Notes under the pieces: model-generated
Told to the model about the DNA's origin: nothing
Databases searched by the model: none
Seen by the model: the letters and a program-made list of their open reading frames with translations, nothing else
Virus record (IMG/VR): IMGVR_UViG_3300032038_000063
Coordinates: 6,907-70,906 of that record
Reading direction: 5' to 3' (one strand)
DNA from: a virus
Lineage: Duplodnaviria; Caudoviricetes
DNA length: 64,000 nt
Part shown: piece by piece, positions 43,805 to 54,026 of the stretch
How the letters are laid out: every line of letters begins with the position of its first letter
Numbering within the stretch: the first letter of the stretch is position 1
Made by a program: the position numbers and the translations under genes

Positions 43805-44215
43805 TTGAAGCTGTCTGAAATCAAGGGCGAGCGCGTGTTCGACGTCATCGCCGACGTGATAGGGCCAGTGGCCACGATAGCGCAGGACGAGGATGCCGCA
43901 AGGCTCTTCGACTCCAAGGACAAGCCAGAGGACATGACCTCTTGGCAGTTCTTCGTCGAGAGGGCCAAGGTGTCAATCCCAGCGATAATGCGCAACCACA
44001 AGTCGGAGATTTGCGAGATAATGTCCGTGGTCAACGGCATAACGGCAGAAGAGTACGTGAACGGTGTCGAGAACCCAGACTACGAGCCTGAGAGGGCCAG
44101 CGAGGAAGGGTATTCGGTTCCCAAGTACAAGGTTTCCCCGCTGACCGTCACGAAGCTGTTCGCAGACCTCCTCGACCTCGTGACGGACAGCGAATTCGTG
44201 TCTTTTTTCTCATAG
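43805..44215 (+). CDS. Tail assembly chaperone G
   Basis: Between MTP and TMP; TTG start; ends at the slippery site. Confidence 0.8.
   Translation: MKLSEIKGERVFDVIADVIGPVATIAQDEDAARLFDSKDKPEDMTSWQFFVERAKVSIPAIMRNHKSEICEIMSVVNGITAEEYVNGVENPDYEPERASEEGYSVPKYKVSPLTVTKLFADLLDLVTDSEFVSFFS
44203..44209 (+). other. -1 programmed ribosomal frameshift site T-TTT-TTC producing the G-T fusion (continues to 44496)
   Basis: X XXY YYZ heptamer in the G frame; the -1 frame is open from 44203 into ORF 44236..44496. Confidence 0.8.
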
Positions 44216-44235
44216 CGCACGAGGACGAGAACCTA

Positions 44236-44496
44236 TTGTGGATGGCCCTTGGCAACTATCGGGGGCCATCCTTTTTTAAAGCCTTCGTGCGCTACGTGTT
44301 CGCGCTCTACGAGAGGGATATGAAGGAGCTTCACTACAGGATATACGTGACCGACATGCTCAGGAACATACCGCAGATGACCTATTTGACCGACAGGTGG
44401 ATTGATACGGTAAAATCCAACAGGAAGGCCGACAATCGGACTGCCGACGAGATAGTGGACGACTTGATTGCTTCTATGTCTGGGGGTAACTCATGA
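44236..44496 (+). CDS. Tail assembly chaperone T part (frameshift extension)
   Basis: -1 frame relative to G; overlaps the TMP start. Confidence 0.75.
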   Translation: MWMALGNYRGPSFFKAFVRYVFALYERDMKELHYRIYVTDMLRNIPQMTYLTDRWIDTVKSNRKADNRTADEIVDDLIASMSGGNS

Positions 44497-47400
44497 ACCT
44501 TGGAGAGCTGTACATAAAGATAAGCGCCGACGTGTCGGCGGTAGACTCGATGGTGAGGGCGTTCGACAACTCCGCCAGAGCCGCCGAGAAAGCTGGTAGC
44601 AGGATTGACAGCGCCTTCAGCAACGCTGGAAACGCGGCATCGTCAACGAACGACATAGGTGATTCGCTTGAGAGCGCGATAGCAAAGGGGAACCTCTTCG
44701 CAGATGCCATAGAGTCGGCGTTCAATAGGGTCATAGACATCGCTGGTAAGGTCGCGGGCGCGTTCAAGGACATGGTTTCCGAAGCCGTTGAGTCTTATGC
44801 AGACTTTGAGCAGGGTGCCGAGGCGCTTAGCGCCACATACGGCAACTCATCCAACGACTTGATGCAATGGATGCAGAACAACTCTGCCACCTACGGCATA
44901 TCCCTCAACGACATGATAAACAAGTCGGTCGAGCTTGGTGCCGTTCTCAACAAGGCAAACGCCCAGAGGAGGGCTGAGGACGAGGCTGGCGAACAGGCTT
45001 CGACCGAAACCCAGAAGCAGGAATTGAGCAACAGGCTACAAGACCTACGCGCAAGCCTTTCGAGCCAGCTTGCAGAGACGCGCGAGGCTCAGCAAGCCGA
45101 ATACAACAGTTGGAAGAATCACTACGCCGACCTTGAGGAACAGCTACGCGACCAATTGCAGGACGAGTACGACCAGCTCAAGGACTACTTGGACTCCCGC
45201 GTTGACGCGCAGAGGAAGGCGAACGAGCAGGAGTACAACGAGCGCAAGCGTGCGTTGGATGACTCGTATGACGCCCTGAAGGACAGCCTCGACAAGGAAG
45301 TTGACGCCTTCGAGTACGCCACAGACCAGAGAATCAAGCAGATAGACCGAGAATACACAGAGCGGTACAAGCTGATAGACGAGCAGAAGTACGCCGAACT
45401 CAAGGCGCTTCAAGACCAGATTGACGCGCTTGACGCACAGCAGAAGGCCGAGGACAGGGCGGCTCAGGACAGGAAGGACGCCCAGAAGAGGGCCAACCTC
45501 GAATACAAGGCAGCGAACGATAAGTACCAAGAGGACAGGGACAAGGCTGCGAGGGAGCTTGCCGAGCTTGAGATTTCAATCGATGAGCGCAAGAACAAGG
45601 ACATTCGCTCTGACATGAAATCTGCAATCAAGCAGCAGATGAGCGACGTTAAAGACCACTACTCCCAGATGAAGTCCCAGCTCAAGGAACAGCATAAGGA
45701 GGAGAAGGACGCCTACAAGGAAGCTAGGGATAGCGAAGAGGCGGTGCTTCGCCAATCCAACGATAACAAGCTCAAGCTTGCGAAGCGTGCCAACGAGGAC
45801 GAACTCAACGAGCTGAAAAATTATCAAAAGCAAGTCATCGAGTCGATGACCCAAGAGAACGACAGCCTTCTCAAGGAGAAGCAACGTAGCAACAAGCAAC
45901 TAATCAACGAGCAGAAGGCAGCGGACGCGGAGCAACTTTCCAACCTCAAGGCATCGCAGTCCGCACAGCTACGCGAGATTCAGGAGCACAACCGCAAGGT
46001 TCTACAGGAGCAGTCCAACCTCATAGCCCAGCAGAAGAAGGCCCTTACCGAGGGTTCCAAGGCAACGGGGACGTATGCCAAGGTCACTGAAGAGGACATG
46101 AAGCAGAGCACCAAGACGATGGAGGCATTGTTCAAGGCGGCGGCGAACATCGGCGCTCGAAGGAACATGAACACATCCTCCGTGTTCGACATACTTTCAT
46201 CGACTGTGTATGGCCGCTTTGACACGTTCGACAACTTGGGAACTGGGTACGCAAACAAGTCGGGCATGCAGCAGCTCGTGGCCGACATGAACTCGAAGCT
46301 TGAGCAGAGCGGCAAGGAAGGCAATCTGAGCGCTGACAACTACAACGACATAGCTACGGCGCTGGAAATGCTCATAGACGACATGAACATATCCAACCTC
46401 GCCGCCGAGGAGTCGGAGAAGACCTTCTCAGGCTCACTCAACTCACTCAAGGCTCAGTGGAAGGACTTCATCTTGTCGCTTGGAGTGGATGATGAGGTCA
46501 TGAACACCGACGAACAACTCAACAAGCTACTTGAGAGGTTCGACACGTTCGTTGACCGTGCGATGCCAATAGTAACGAAGGTCATAGACGCCATAATAAC
46601 CGTCATAGTGAGCCGTGGCCCTGAGATTGTCGATACCGTTAAGACAACCATTCTTGATGCGCTTCCACCCGAATGGCAGCAGAAGGTAGAGGACTTCAAG
46701 AAGTCCATAGAGACGATTGCGGCTGTGTTCGTACCGCTTGCGGCTGTGTTCGCTGGATTCGCTGCGGCTGAAGGCGTTCTGGCTGTGATGAATGTCTTCA
46801 GTATGCTTTCAAGCTCCTTCACGACGATTGCCGGCATCATTGGCTCAACAGTAATACCAGCGATTCAGAGCTTCGCAGCGGAGTCAAGCATCGTCGGTGC
46901 TGGATTGCAAGCTGGACTCATAGGGCCGTTGGACATCCTTAGCACAGCGATAGAGGCAATAGGTGGCCCCATAACCGTAATAATAGCGCTGATAGCTGGC
47001 GTCATCGCCAACAGCGAGGACTTACGCAACCTTCTCGGTGACATAGCAGCAACGATAGGTGACGTGCTCATGGGCGCGTTGAATACCCTGTCTCCGATAC
47101 TTGATACGGTGAAGGGTCTTTGGGAGAGGCTGAACGAGGCTCTTGGCTTCATAGGTGACAAGATAGCCCAAGTGCTGCAACCAGCGTTCGACAAGCTCAA
47201 GGAGACGCTTGGCCCTCCCCTACAGGATGTCATGAGCATAGTCAAGGACATATTGACCAAGTTAGGCGAGATTGTCCTCAACATAGCAGACACGCTAGGG
47301 AACATACTCGGCCCTGCGATAAACGTGATAGCTGGCATACTGACGCCAATATTCGAGGCTGTTGCAACGTTCGTCGGCGGGCCGCTCGGAATACTCGTAG

Positions 47401-48650
47401 AGATACTCGGAGGCGGATTCCTCACAGCAATAGACATATTGACCACGGCGCTAAAGGTTCTGTCAGACATAATCAAGACCATCTCAGAGGCCATAGGAGG
47501 CTTCCTAAGCTGGGTCGGCGAGCAGATAGGTATATTCTCCGCTGGCGTAGACGAGGGGCTTGGTGGCGTGGTCGATTGGTTCAAGAACCTCTTCGGGAAG
47601 ATAAGCGAGGCGCTTGGAAGCCCGATAGAATGGCTCGTTAACGCTGGCAAGGAGATAATAAACGGCCTGAAGAAGGGCATAGACGATGCGTGGAAGGGCG
47701 TTCAGGAGTTCTTCGGCGGCGTACTAGACTGGATTGTGGCGAACAAGGGGCCTATCGACAAGGACAGGCAAGCGCTCGTCCCCGCTGGCAAGGCGATAAT
47801 GGAGGGACTGAAGGACGGAAGCGAGGGTGGATGGCCCGATGTGCAAGGCTTCTTCCAAGGGATACCGAACTCGATAGGCGGCGCATTCAACGGCGCAAGC
47901 TCTTGGCTGCAAGGAGACGGAGCTGAAATACTGAACGGGTTGCAGGGCGGCATGAACAATGCTTGGAACGCAGTCGCAAGCTTCGTCTCAAGCATCCCAA
48001 GCGGTATAACGGGAGCGTTCTCGAATGCTGGTGGCTGGCTCGTTAACGCTGGCTCTAATATAATGACTGGCCTGTACAACGGATTGGTTGACATCTACAA
48101 CAACTACATCCAGCCCCTCATTTCTGGTGTTGGGCAATGGATGCAGCAGCATAAGGGGCCTGAGTCATACGACAAGAAGCTCCTCGTGCGGAACGGCCAG
48201 TGGGTCATGCAGAGCCTCTACACGGGACTCGTGAGCGGATTCGAGAGCGACGTTGCGCCATTCGTAACGGGAATGTCCGACAGACTTGAGGATATGGTCG
48301 GCGGAGCGAGCATAGACTTCCCAACCTCCTACGAAACCGTGATGGACGGCATGGACGATGCCAAGGATGCCTTCTCGTCGATGGCTAGGGACATGGTTGA
48401 CGTATGGCGCGAATCGACCGAGGAGATGGCCGAGATGATGTCGGAGGTCGTGTCGTTCGACACCAACACTTTCGGCTCGCCGTTCGCAAGGGGAGTGATG
48501 GTCAACACGAGCCAGCAGCAGGTACGGCAGCCGACGACGATAAACGCTATACTTGAGCTTGACAGGGTTCAGTTCGGCAGGTTGGTGTACCAGATTAACA
48601 ACGAGGAGCGTCAGAGGGTCGGAGTCAACCTTTCGGGAGGTTACGCATGA
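44493..48650 (+). CDS. Tape measure protein
   Basis: 1385 aa; MNLGELYIKISAD start; amphipathic W/F-spaced repeats in the C-terminal half. Confidence 0.92.
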   Translation: MNLGELYIKISADVSAVDSMVRAFDNSARAAEKAGSRIDSAFSNAGNAASSTNDIGDSLESAIAKGNLFADAIESAFNRVIDIAGKVAGAFKDMVSEAVESYADFEQGAEALSATYGNSSNDLMQWMQNNSATYGISLNDMINKSVELGAVLNKANAQRRAEDEAGEQASTETQKQELSNRLQDLRASLSSQLAETREAQQAEYNSWKNHYADLEEQLRDQLQDEYDQLKDYLDSRVDAQRKANEQEYNERKRALDDSYDALKDSLDKEVDAFEYATDQRIKQIDREYTERYKLIDEQKYAELKALQDQIDALDAQQKAEDRAAQDRKDAQKRANLEYKAANDKYQEDRDKAARELAELEISIDERKNKDIRSDMKSAIKQQMSDVKDHYSQMKSQLKEQHKEEKDAYKEARDSEEAVLRQSNDNKLKLAKRANEDELNELKNYQKQVIESMTQENDSLLKEKQRSNKQLINEQKAADAEQLSNLKASQSAQLREIQEHNRKVLQEQSNLIAQQKKALTEGSKATGTYAKVTEEDMKQSTKTMEALFKAAANIGARRNMNTSSVFDILSSTVYGRFDTFDNLGTGYANKSGMQQLVADMNSKLEQSGKEGNLSADNYNDIATALEMLIDDMNISNLAAEESEKTFSGSLNSLKAQWKDFILSLGVDDEVMNTDEQLNKLLERFDTFVDRAMPIVTKVIDAIITVIVSRGPEIVDTVKTTILDALPPEWQQKVEDFKKSIETIAAVFVPLAAVFAGFAAAEGVLAVMNVFSMLSSSFTTIAGIIGSTVIPAIQSFAAESSIVGAGLQAGLIGPLDILSTAIEAIGGPITVIIALIAGVIANSEDLRNLLGDIAATIGDVLMGALNTLSPILDTVKGLWERLNEALGFIGDKIAQVLQPAFDKLKETLGPPLQDVMSIVKDILTKLGEIVLNIADTLGNILGPAINVIAGILTPIFEAVATFVGGPLGILVEILGGGFLTAIDILTTALKVLSDIIKTISEAIGGFLSWVGEQIGIFSAGVDEGLGGVVDWFKNLFGKISEALGSPIEWLVNAGKEIINGLKKGIDDAWKGVQEFFGGVLDWIVANKGPIDKDRQALVPAGKAIMEGLKDGSEGGWPDVQGFFQGIPNSIGGAFNGASSWLQGDGAEILNGLQGGMNNAWNAVASFVSSIPSGITGAFSNAGGWLVNAGSNIMTGLYNGLVDIYNNYIQPLISGVGQWMQQHKGPESYDKKLLVRNGQWVMQSLYTGLVSGFESDVAPFVTGMSDRLEDMVGGASIDFPTSYETVMDGMDDAKDAFSSMARDMVDVWRESTEEMAEMMSEVVSFDTNTFGSPFARGVMVNTSQQQVRQPTTINAILELDRVQFGRLVYQINNEERQRVGVNLSGGYA

Positions 48651-49210
48651 TATCGATAGACGGAGCGGAGTGGGACGTTCCCTGCGACATCAGACGCACG
48701 GCGGACATGACGCAGAGCGAGATTAGCGGCATGATGCTGGACAAGACGTACTTCAACGACGTTCTGGGGACGTTCCTCACCTATGACATTACCATTGCGG
48801 TTCCACCGACGATGGAGGAAGAGTACTTCCAGATATACGAGGCCTTGACAGACCCGGTTGAATCGCATCAGTTCGTGATGCCATACAACGGTGACACGGT
48901 TGAGCTTACCGCTAGGGTCGAGAGCGTCAGGGACGCATTGGTGTACACGGTCAGCAGGAAGCAGCTATGGAAGGGCGTGGAGTTCACCGTCATAGCAAAC
49001 CACCCCACAAAGAAGATGAACTACGGCGAAATCGTCACCATCGGAAGGTCAACAGTCCCCGACATGCCAGAGGGCATCGCTGGGCAGGTGTGCATATACG
49101 ACGGCTCTGAGTGGCAGGAGGTCAACTTGGAGCAGGGAAAGCTCTACGAGTACACGGGGACTGGCTTCACGGAGTCGGAGATTACCGACGCTGACGATAC
49201 GGAGTACTGA
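48647..49210 (+). CDS. Distal tail (Dit-like) protein
   Basis: Immediately after TMP. Confidence 0.6.
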   Translation: MISIDGAEWDVPCDIRRTADMTQSEISGMMLDKTYFNDVLGTFLTYDITIAVPPTMEEEYFQIYEALTDPVESHQFVMPYNGDTVELTARVESVRDALVYTVSRKQLWKGVEFTVIANHPTKKMNYGEIVTIGRSTVPDMPEGIAGQVCIYDGSEWQEVNLEQGKLYEYTGTGFTESEITDADDTEY

Positions 49211-50502
49211 TGTACGTCAAGATTGACAACACGGCTTACACGGTCATATCGAACCTACAGTTCGAGCCTGAGACGGACGTGACTGGCTCGAAGGTACCCG
49301 TCAACGAGCTTTGGGTCAGCGTCAAGACCGACGATGAAATAGCACTCGGCTCAAGGGTGTCGCTCTACGACGATGCGGACACCCTCTGGGCCAAGTACTG
49401 GGTCACTTATGCCGAGAGGGAGGACAAGTACAACATCAGGGTTCACGGCGAGTCTGCCCTGATAAGGATAGACTCCGTTACGCTAGACCCCGTGATGTAC
49501 GAGTCTGACAGCGTTGGGACGGTACTGAGCGAAGTCCTCTCCCCGCTGAACGGAGAGTACGTGCTGGACTCAGAGCTTGCCAGCAAGACCCTCTCTGGAT
49601 ACGCCCCGAAGCAGACCGCTAGGGTGAGGCTACAGTGGATATGCCTAGTGATAGGGGCGTATCTGAAGAACAGCTTCAACGACCGCTTGGAGATTCTTCC
49701 GATAGATGACGATTCGCAACTCATAATCCCACTCTCGGATACGTACTGGAAGCCCAAGGTCACGTACAACGACCACGTTACCGCCATAAAGGCCACCTAC
49801 TACGAGTACGTGCAGGGAGTGCCGTCTAGGACTGACGATTACGTTACCATCGGTGACAGGTCGAAGGGCGAGACGGAGGTGTATTACATCCAGACCAAGA
49901 CGGAAGTCACCCTCACTAACAACCAAGTCCCCTCTGGTGCACGTGAGAACGTCATAACCCTCGACAACATAACCCTACTCAACGAGGACAACGTCTCGGA
50001 GGTCATGTCCTTCATGGCGAAGTACAGGTTCATGAGGACGGAGTTGCAGTTGGACGCAATAGACAACGGGACCTACATGCCCGGCCAGAGGGTGTACGCC
50101 TTCATGGACGAGGATACGATGGTGGAGGGCTACATAGAGTCATGCTCATTCTCCTTCGGGCTACAGGCAAAGGCTTCGATGCACTTCACTGCCGTGGAGG
50201 TGAGGGAGAGCGCGGCGCTTTCCATAGCCTTCACGTGGGAGGGAAGGCAGGTAGGCTACAGGGTGTTCAGGTTCCCCGTGGGATACGACTTCGAGGTGGA
50301 GAACCCGTACATCGACGTTTGCAGCAACGGACACAGATACGTATTCAGACCCCTCGACAAGACCGTATCTGGGACGATGACAGCGGAGGGCATCATAATA
50401 ACCCAGCCAGTGGAGATTGCGCTTGACATGTTCGACGGCAAGCTACACGTGGTATCGGTTGACAAGTACGGCATGGTGGGCAACACAATCGCGATATCGT
50501 AG
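49210..50502 (+). CDS. Baseplate hub/tail tip protein
   Basis: Position after the Dit-like gene; 430 aa, acidic, beta-rich. Confidence 0.55.
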   Translation: MYVKIDNTAYTVISNLQFEPETDVTGSKVPVNELWVSVKTDDEIALGSRVSLYDDADTLWAKYWVTYAEREDKYNIRVHGESALIRIDSVTLDPVMYESDSVGTVLSEVLSPLNGEYVLDSELASKTLSGYAPKQTARVRLQWICLVIGAYLKNSFNDRLEILPIDDDSQLIIPLSDTYWKPKVTYNDHVTAIKATYYEYVQGVPSRTDDYVTIGDRSKGETEVYYIQTKTEVTLTNNQVPSGARENVITLDNITLLNEDNVSEVMSFMAKYRFMRTELQLDAIDNGTYMPGQRVYAFMDEDTMVEGYIESCSFSFGLQAKASMHFTAVEVRESAALSIAFTWEGRQVGYRVFRFPVGYDFEVENPYIDVCSNGHRYVFRPLDKTVSGTMTAEGIIITQPVEIALDMFDGKLHVVSVDKYGMVGNTIAIS

Positions 50503-50510
50503 GTGGAATC

Positions 50511-51308
50511 ATGACCAAGCAGATAACCATAAAGGAAGACGGCGTTTCCAAGAGCGAGTCGGTCGACTTCATCAACACTCAGGTAGCGGGCGGCTCGGCC
50601 AACTGGATGCCAGAGGACGAGGCTCAGGAAGGAGTCTTCTACGTCCATGCGAACGGCGAGTACGTCCCAAGCGAGTACGGGCTTTACGGATTCCTCGCGG
50701 TGAGCGTCATGGTTCCCGGTGGGAACGGTGCGGAGGCGATGACTCCCGAAAACCCGTCCCCGAATTACGTCAAGCCACTTCCCGCCACTGGCACAGGCGC
50801 GTCTCTCATAGGGGTAGACCCAACGGACGGCGCTCTGTACAGGACGGAGATACAGGACGTTAACGGCGTTCCCACGATGGTTAAGACGAAGGTTGCTGAC
50901 AGCAAGCAGGACTACAAGCCCACGTCCATGAAGATATTGATAAAGCCCGCGAAGTTGTCATACAACATTGGCGATAAGATTCAGTACGCGGGCCTCGTCG
51001 TGCAACTACTGGACTCGACTGGGTACACGTTCGTTGACGAGAGATTCCCACAGGGCATAATCTCGTGGTCACCATTAAAGAACACACTTCATCCAGAGTA
51101 TGATTTGATTACGCCTGTTGAGTACGTAGAGACAACGTTGCAGGCAGAGTCCGAGCTAGAAATTCCCGTCCAGTGGAACTCCCCCTATGACAACCAGACC
51201 TACGAGGATACGTTTGAGATAGAAGTGAGTGACAGCGAGAGTCCCAGCAGTGAAAGCGAATCATCGGGAGGAAGCTCGTCTGGCGGAGGCGAAGGGCAAT
51301 CGTCCTAA
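50511..51308 (+). CDS. Tail appendage protein A1 with Ig-like domain
   Basis: KP.KLSY..GD.I.Y.GL.V Ig-like motif; IPVQWNSPYD; Ser/Gly-rich tail. Confidence 0.6.
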   Translation: MTKQITIKEDGVSKSESVDFINTQVAGGSANWMPEDEAQEGVFYVHANGEYVPSEYGLYGFLAVSVMVPGGNGAEAMTPENPSPNYVKPLPATGTGASLIGVDPTDGALYRTEIQDVNGVPTMVKTKVADSKQDYKPTSMKILIKPAKLSYNIGDKIQYAGLVVQLLDSTGYTFVDERFPQGIISWSPLKNTLHPEYDLITPVEYVETTLQAESELEIPVQWNSPYDNQTYEDTFEIEVSDSESPSSESESSGGSSSGGGEGQSS

Positions 51309-51321
51309 GTTAGGAGTTAAA

Positions 51322-52206
51322 ATGGCAAAAGTAATGACGGACGAATCGAACTACTCTGCGATAGCAGGCGCGATACGCTCGAAGCTAGGGGTGTCCACTA
51401 GGTACAAGCCATCGGAGATGGCTGCTGCCATAGGCTCCATATCTGGCGTGTCATCTGCGGACAACGGCAAGGTCGTTGTGGACGGTCAGCTGACGCAACA
51501 GACGTCTCGCAGCGTGTCGCAGAACGGCACATATGACACCACGACCAACAACGAGGTCGTTGTGAACGTGTCTGGCACCGAGCAAAGGCCGAGATGCGTG
51601 TACGTGTTTGATGACCCAAATAACTCTACTAGAGTTCTGGACATTCCAAATAAAATTTACCCAGAGGCGGGGGTGATATCCCAGCAATACAGCTATGTCT
51701 TTTTGTTTGCCGACAACCAGACAACCAACATAACGATAGACGGCGTAGCACACTCAAGCTCCGACATACTGATAGGCTCGTCGTGGAATGGCGACAACGT
51801 GTACGCGTTTGTCGATGAGTCTCAGGGGTTTAGTATTGCGCTCAATGTCGGCGATGGGGGCAACCACGCATGCACAATCATAGCAGTCGAGGGGACGTTC
51901 GCAACGAAGTACACTCAGACCATGTTCGCGGTCGCGTCAGCATCCCAGACGATATCAGCCGCGCTCGATGAGGCGTATGTGCTGTTGCTGTTCTGCATAT
52001 ACAACGGGGGGAGTACGGCGTCAGTCACGTTCATGGGCGAGTCCGTGACCGTTGACAGATACGCCAACAGATACTCGAACTCGATATACTGCTACGCCAC
52101 AAAGCTGACGAACCTAGCCGCAAATGACGTTGTAAGCGTGTCGATAGACGCCAACGCAGCGAACGTTATAGGAATCATGGGAATATTCGGAGGCGCAAAT
52201 GCCTAG
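51322..52206 (+). CDS. Tail fibre/appendage protein
   Basis: AGGAG RBS; AIAGAIR.K.G....KPSEMAAAI..I N-terminus typical of phage tail proteins. Confidence 0.6.
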   Translation: MAKVMTDESNYSAIAGAIRSKLGVSTRYKPSEMAAAIGSISGVSSADNGKVVVDGQLTQQTSRSVSQNGTYDTTTNNEVVVNVSGTEQRPRCVYVFDDPNNSTRVLDIPNKIYPEAGVISQQYSYVFLFADNQTTNITIDGVAHSSSDILIGSSWNGDNVYAFVDESQGFSIALNVGDGGNHACTIIAVEGTFATKYTQTMFAVASASQTISAALDEAYVLLLFCIYNGGSTASVTFMGESVTVDRYANRYSNSIYCYATKLTNLAANDVVSVSIDANAANVIGIMGIFGGANA

Positions 52207-52447
52207 CATAGAGACGGCCATCCAGACCCTCCTGACCGCAGTTATCACCGCGTTCGTCACGCGCGTGTCCCGACAGCTCATCGGCTACCGTGCCGAGAGT
52301 AGGGCGTGGCGCGACGAGCCGATGCAGAAGGTGGACCTCATCAACGAGGCGACGCATGCGACCATGAGGACCGAGCTAATTAACGGGAAACCTTTTCAAG
52401 AACGCTGGGACTGGCAGTTTCGTACTCGGGACAGACTAGGAACCTAA
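52199..52447 (+). pseudogene. Membrane protein, probably C-terminally truncated
   Basis: TM helix followed by A.MRTELI, then an abrupt unrelated tail, just before the duplicated A2 gene. Confidence 0.35.
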
Positions 52448-52501
52448 ATTGCTTGTTCCATCCCATCTCCTCTACAAAGATTTCACCAAGGAGGCCATCA
52501 T

Positions 52502-53776
52502 ATGCCGAAGAACGTAATCATATCGGAGGGTGGTAAGGGGCTTCGGTTCGCGGACGTGTCGAAGCTCATAACCGACAAGAGCAACGGAAACGACTCTTGG
52601 GTGCCGACCGAGGACAGAATTATACGTCAGAAGTACATAAGCAAGAACGGCGTCTACTATGCCAAGGACGATGGGATATACGGCTTCTCCAAGCTCACGG
52701 TGAACATTCCCGGTGGTGCTCAGGGGTATACAGTGCCGACGGTGGCATCGCTCCCATATGGCGTGGAGACGATAACCACAGACCCCTCACAACCCATGCC
52801 GATAATACCGGGGACGGTGGGAAGCTCGGTCATGGGCTTAGACCCAGACACTGGATACGTAAGCATCGCAACGGTTAATCCGAAGGGTGAGGTAGAGATT
52901 AAGGCCATTCCACAGGCCATAGCCGTAACTAAGATGCCCAACAAGCTATCCTATACGGAAGGTGACGAAATTGACTACACTGGCATAGAGGTGAACCTGT
53001 ACGTAAAGTACGAGGAGACTTCATCTGGCGGCTCTACGCACATCGATGCAATTCCATACAAAGACGAAAGGTATCCAGATGGCAAGATACCTTTCGAAGA
53101 GCTGATATTTCCAAAGAAAACCGCAAAGGGTGATGGTGGATACGCGTCAGATGTTGACACGTCTCCGATACAGAAACCGATACAGGTTGCTGGCATAGTC
53201 TCTTACTATAGTTGGACGAACAACGTGCACAGAATGGCCACTACCACCGTCACACCAGACGATGGAAGTGTTCTACTGCTTGCATACACAACAACAGGCG
53301 CTTGGAAGATACGTGTGTATGCGGCGTCGGAAAACAGTACTCCAAAGGCGACGATAATTCGCCATTCAAATCATTCTGGGCAAACTTGGGAAGAGGCAAT
53401 GAGTGGGGCAAGTTCAGCGGGTGCCAGAATCACATCAGAGACTTTTCATGGGAAGACGGTCTACATAAGAGAAGTCGCGTTCAGTGCGCTCAGCAATGGA
53501 TTAGTCGCAGAAGAAAGGGCAGCATTGTTGTCTGGGACATACTTGCTTCCGCAAGGTTCTTGGAATTCATGGGACGTTGACGAAGCCGCGTGGGTTGCCA
53601 TATACGGGGATGGCGCATCGTCAATTGTTCCAGTCCAATGGAAAAGCCCTTATGATGACAAGACCTATGAAACGTCGTTCAAGATAGATGTCGTAAAGAA
53701 GAACGAAGAATCAGGAGGCGGTTCCTCGGAAGGAGGCTCATCCGAAGGCGGCGGTGGCGGAGGACACTCGTTCTAG
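52502..53776 (+). CDS. Tail appendage protein A2, paralog of A1 with an inserted domain
   Basis: KMPNKLSY.EGD.IDYTGI.V; IVPVQWKSPYD; Ser/Gly tail; about 160 aa extra. Confidence 0.6.
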   Translation: MPKNVIISEGGKGLRFADVSKLITDKSNGNDSWVPTEDRIIRQKYISKNGVYYAKDDGIYGFSKLTVNIPGGAQGYTVPTVASLPYGVETITTDPSQPMPIIPGTVGSSVMGLDPDTGYVSIATVNPKGEVEIKAIPQAIAVTKMPNKLSYTEGDEIDYTGIEVNLYVKYEETSSGGSTHIDAIPYKDERYPDGKIPFEELIFPKKTAKGDGGYASDVDTSPIQKPIQVAGIVSYYSWTNNVHRMATTTVTPDDGSVLLLAYTTTGAWKIRVYAASENSTPKATIIRHSNHSGQTWEEAMSGASSAGARITSETFHGKTVYIREVAFSALSNGLVAEERAALLSGTYLLPQGSWNSWDVDEAAWVAIYGDGASSIVPVQWKSPYDDKTYETSFKIDVVKKNEESGGGSSEGGSSEGGGGGGHSF

Positions 53777-53814
53777 GAATAATGATATACTCATACCAAA
53801 AAGGCGGTGATTAA

Positions 53815-54018
53815 ATGGTATCCATAAACAGGAGAACCCTCTATGGGGAAGTGTACAACGACGTTCGGTGCCTCTCCTCAGACCCAAAGCCAACGGACGG
53901 AATAAGAAACGGCTCCACCTTGACCGAGATAGACACTGGCGAGACCTACATGTACGACTCCGACAACGAGACGTGGCATGAGGTACAATCGTCACCGTTC
54001 TCGGCCATAAACCTCTAG
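53815..54018 (+). CDS. Small tail-region protein, tandem copy 1
   Basis: MVSINRRTLYGEVYNDVRCLSSD.KPT.GI.NGSTL.EIDTG. Confidence 0.7.
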   Translation: MVSINRRTLYGEVYNDVRCLSSDPKPTDGIRNGSTLTEIDTGETYMYDSDNETWHEVQSSPFSAINL

Positions 54019-54026
54019 GAGGCCAT

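Noticed and set aside
52381-52445. Possible IS terminal repeat (GGGACTGGCAGTTTCGTAC)
   Set aside because: No matching inverted copy, target duplication or transposase was found.
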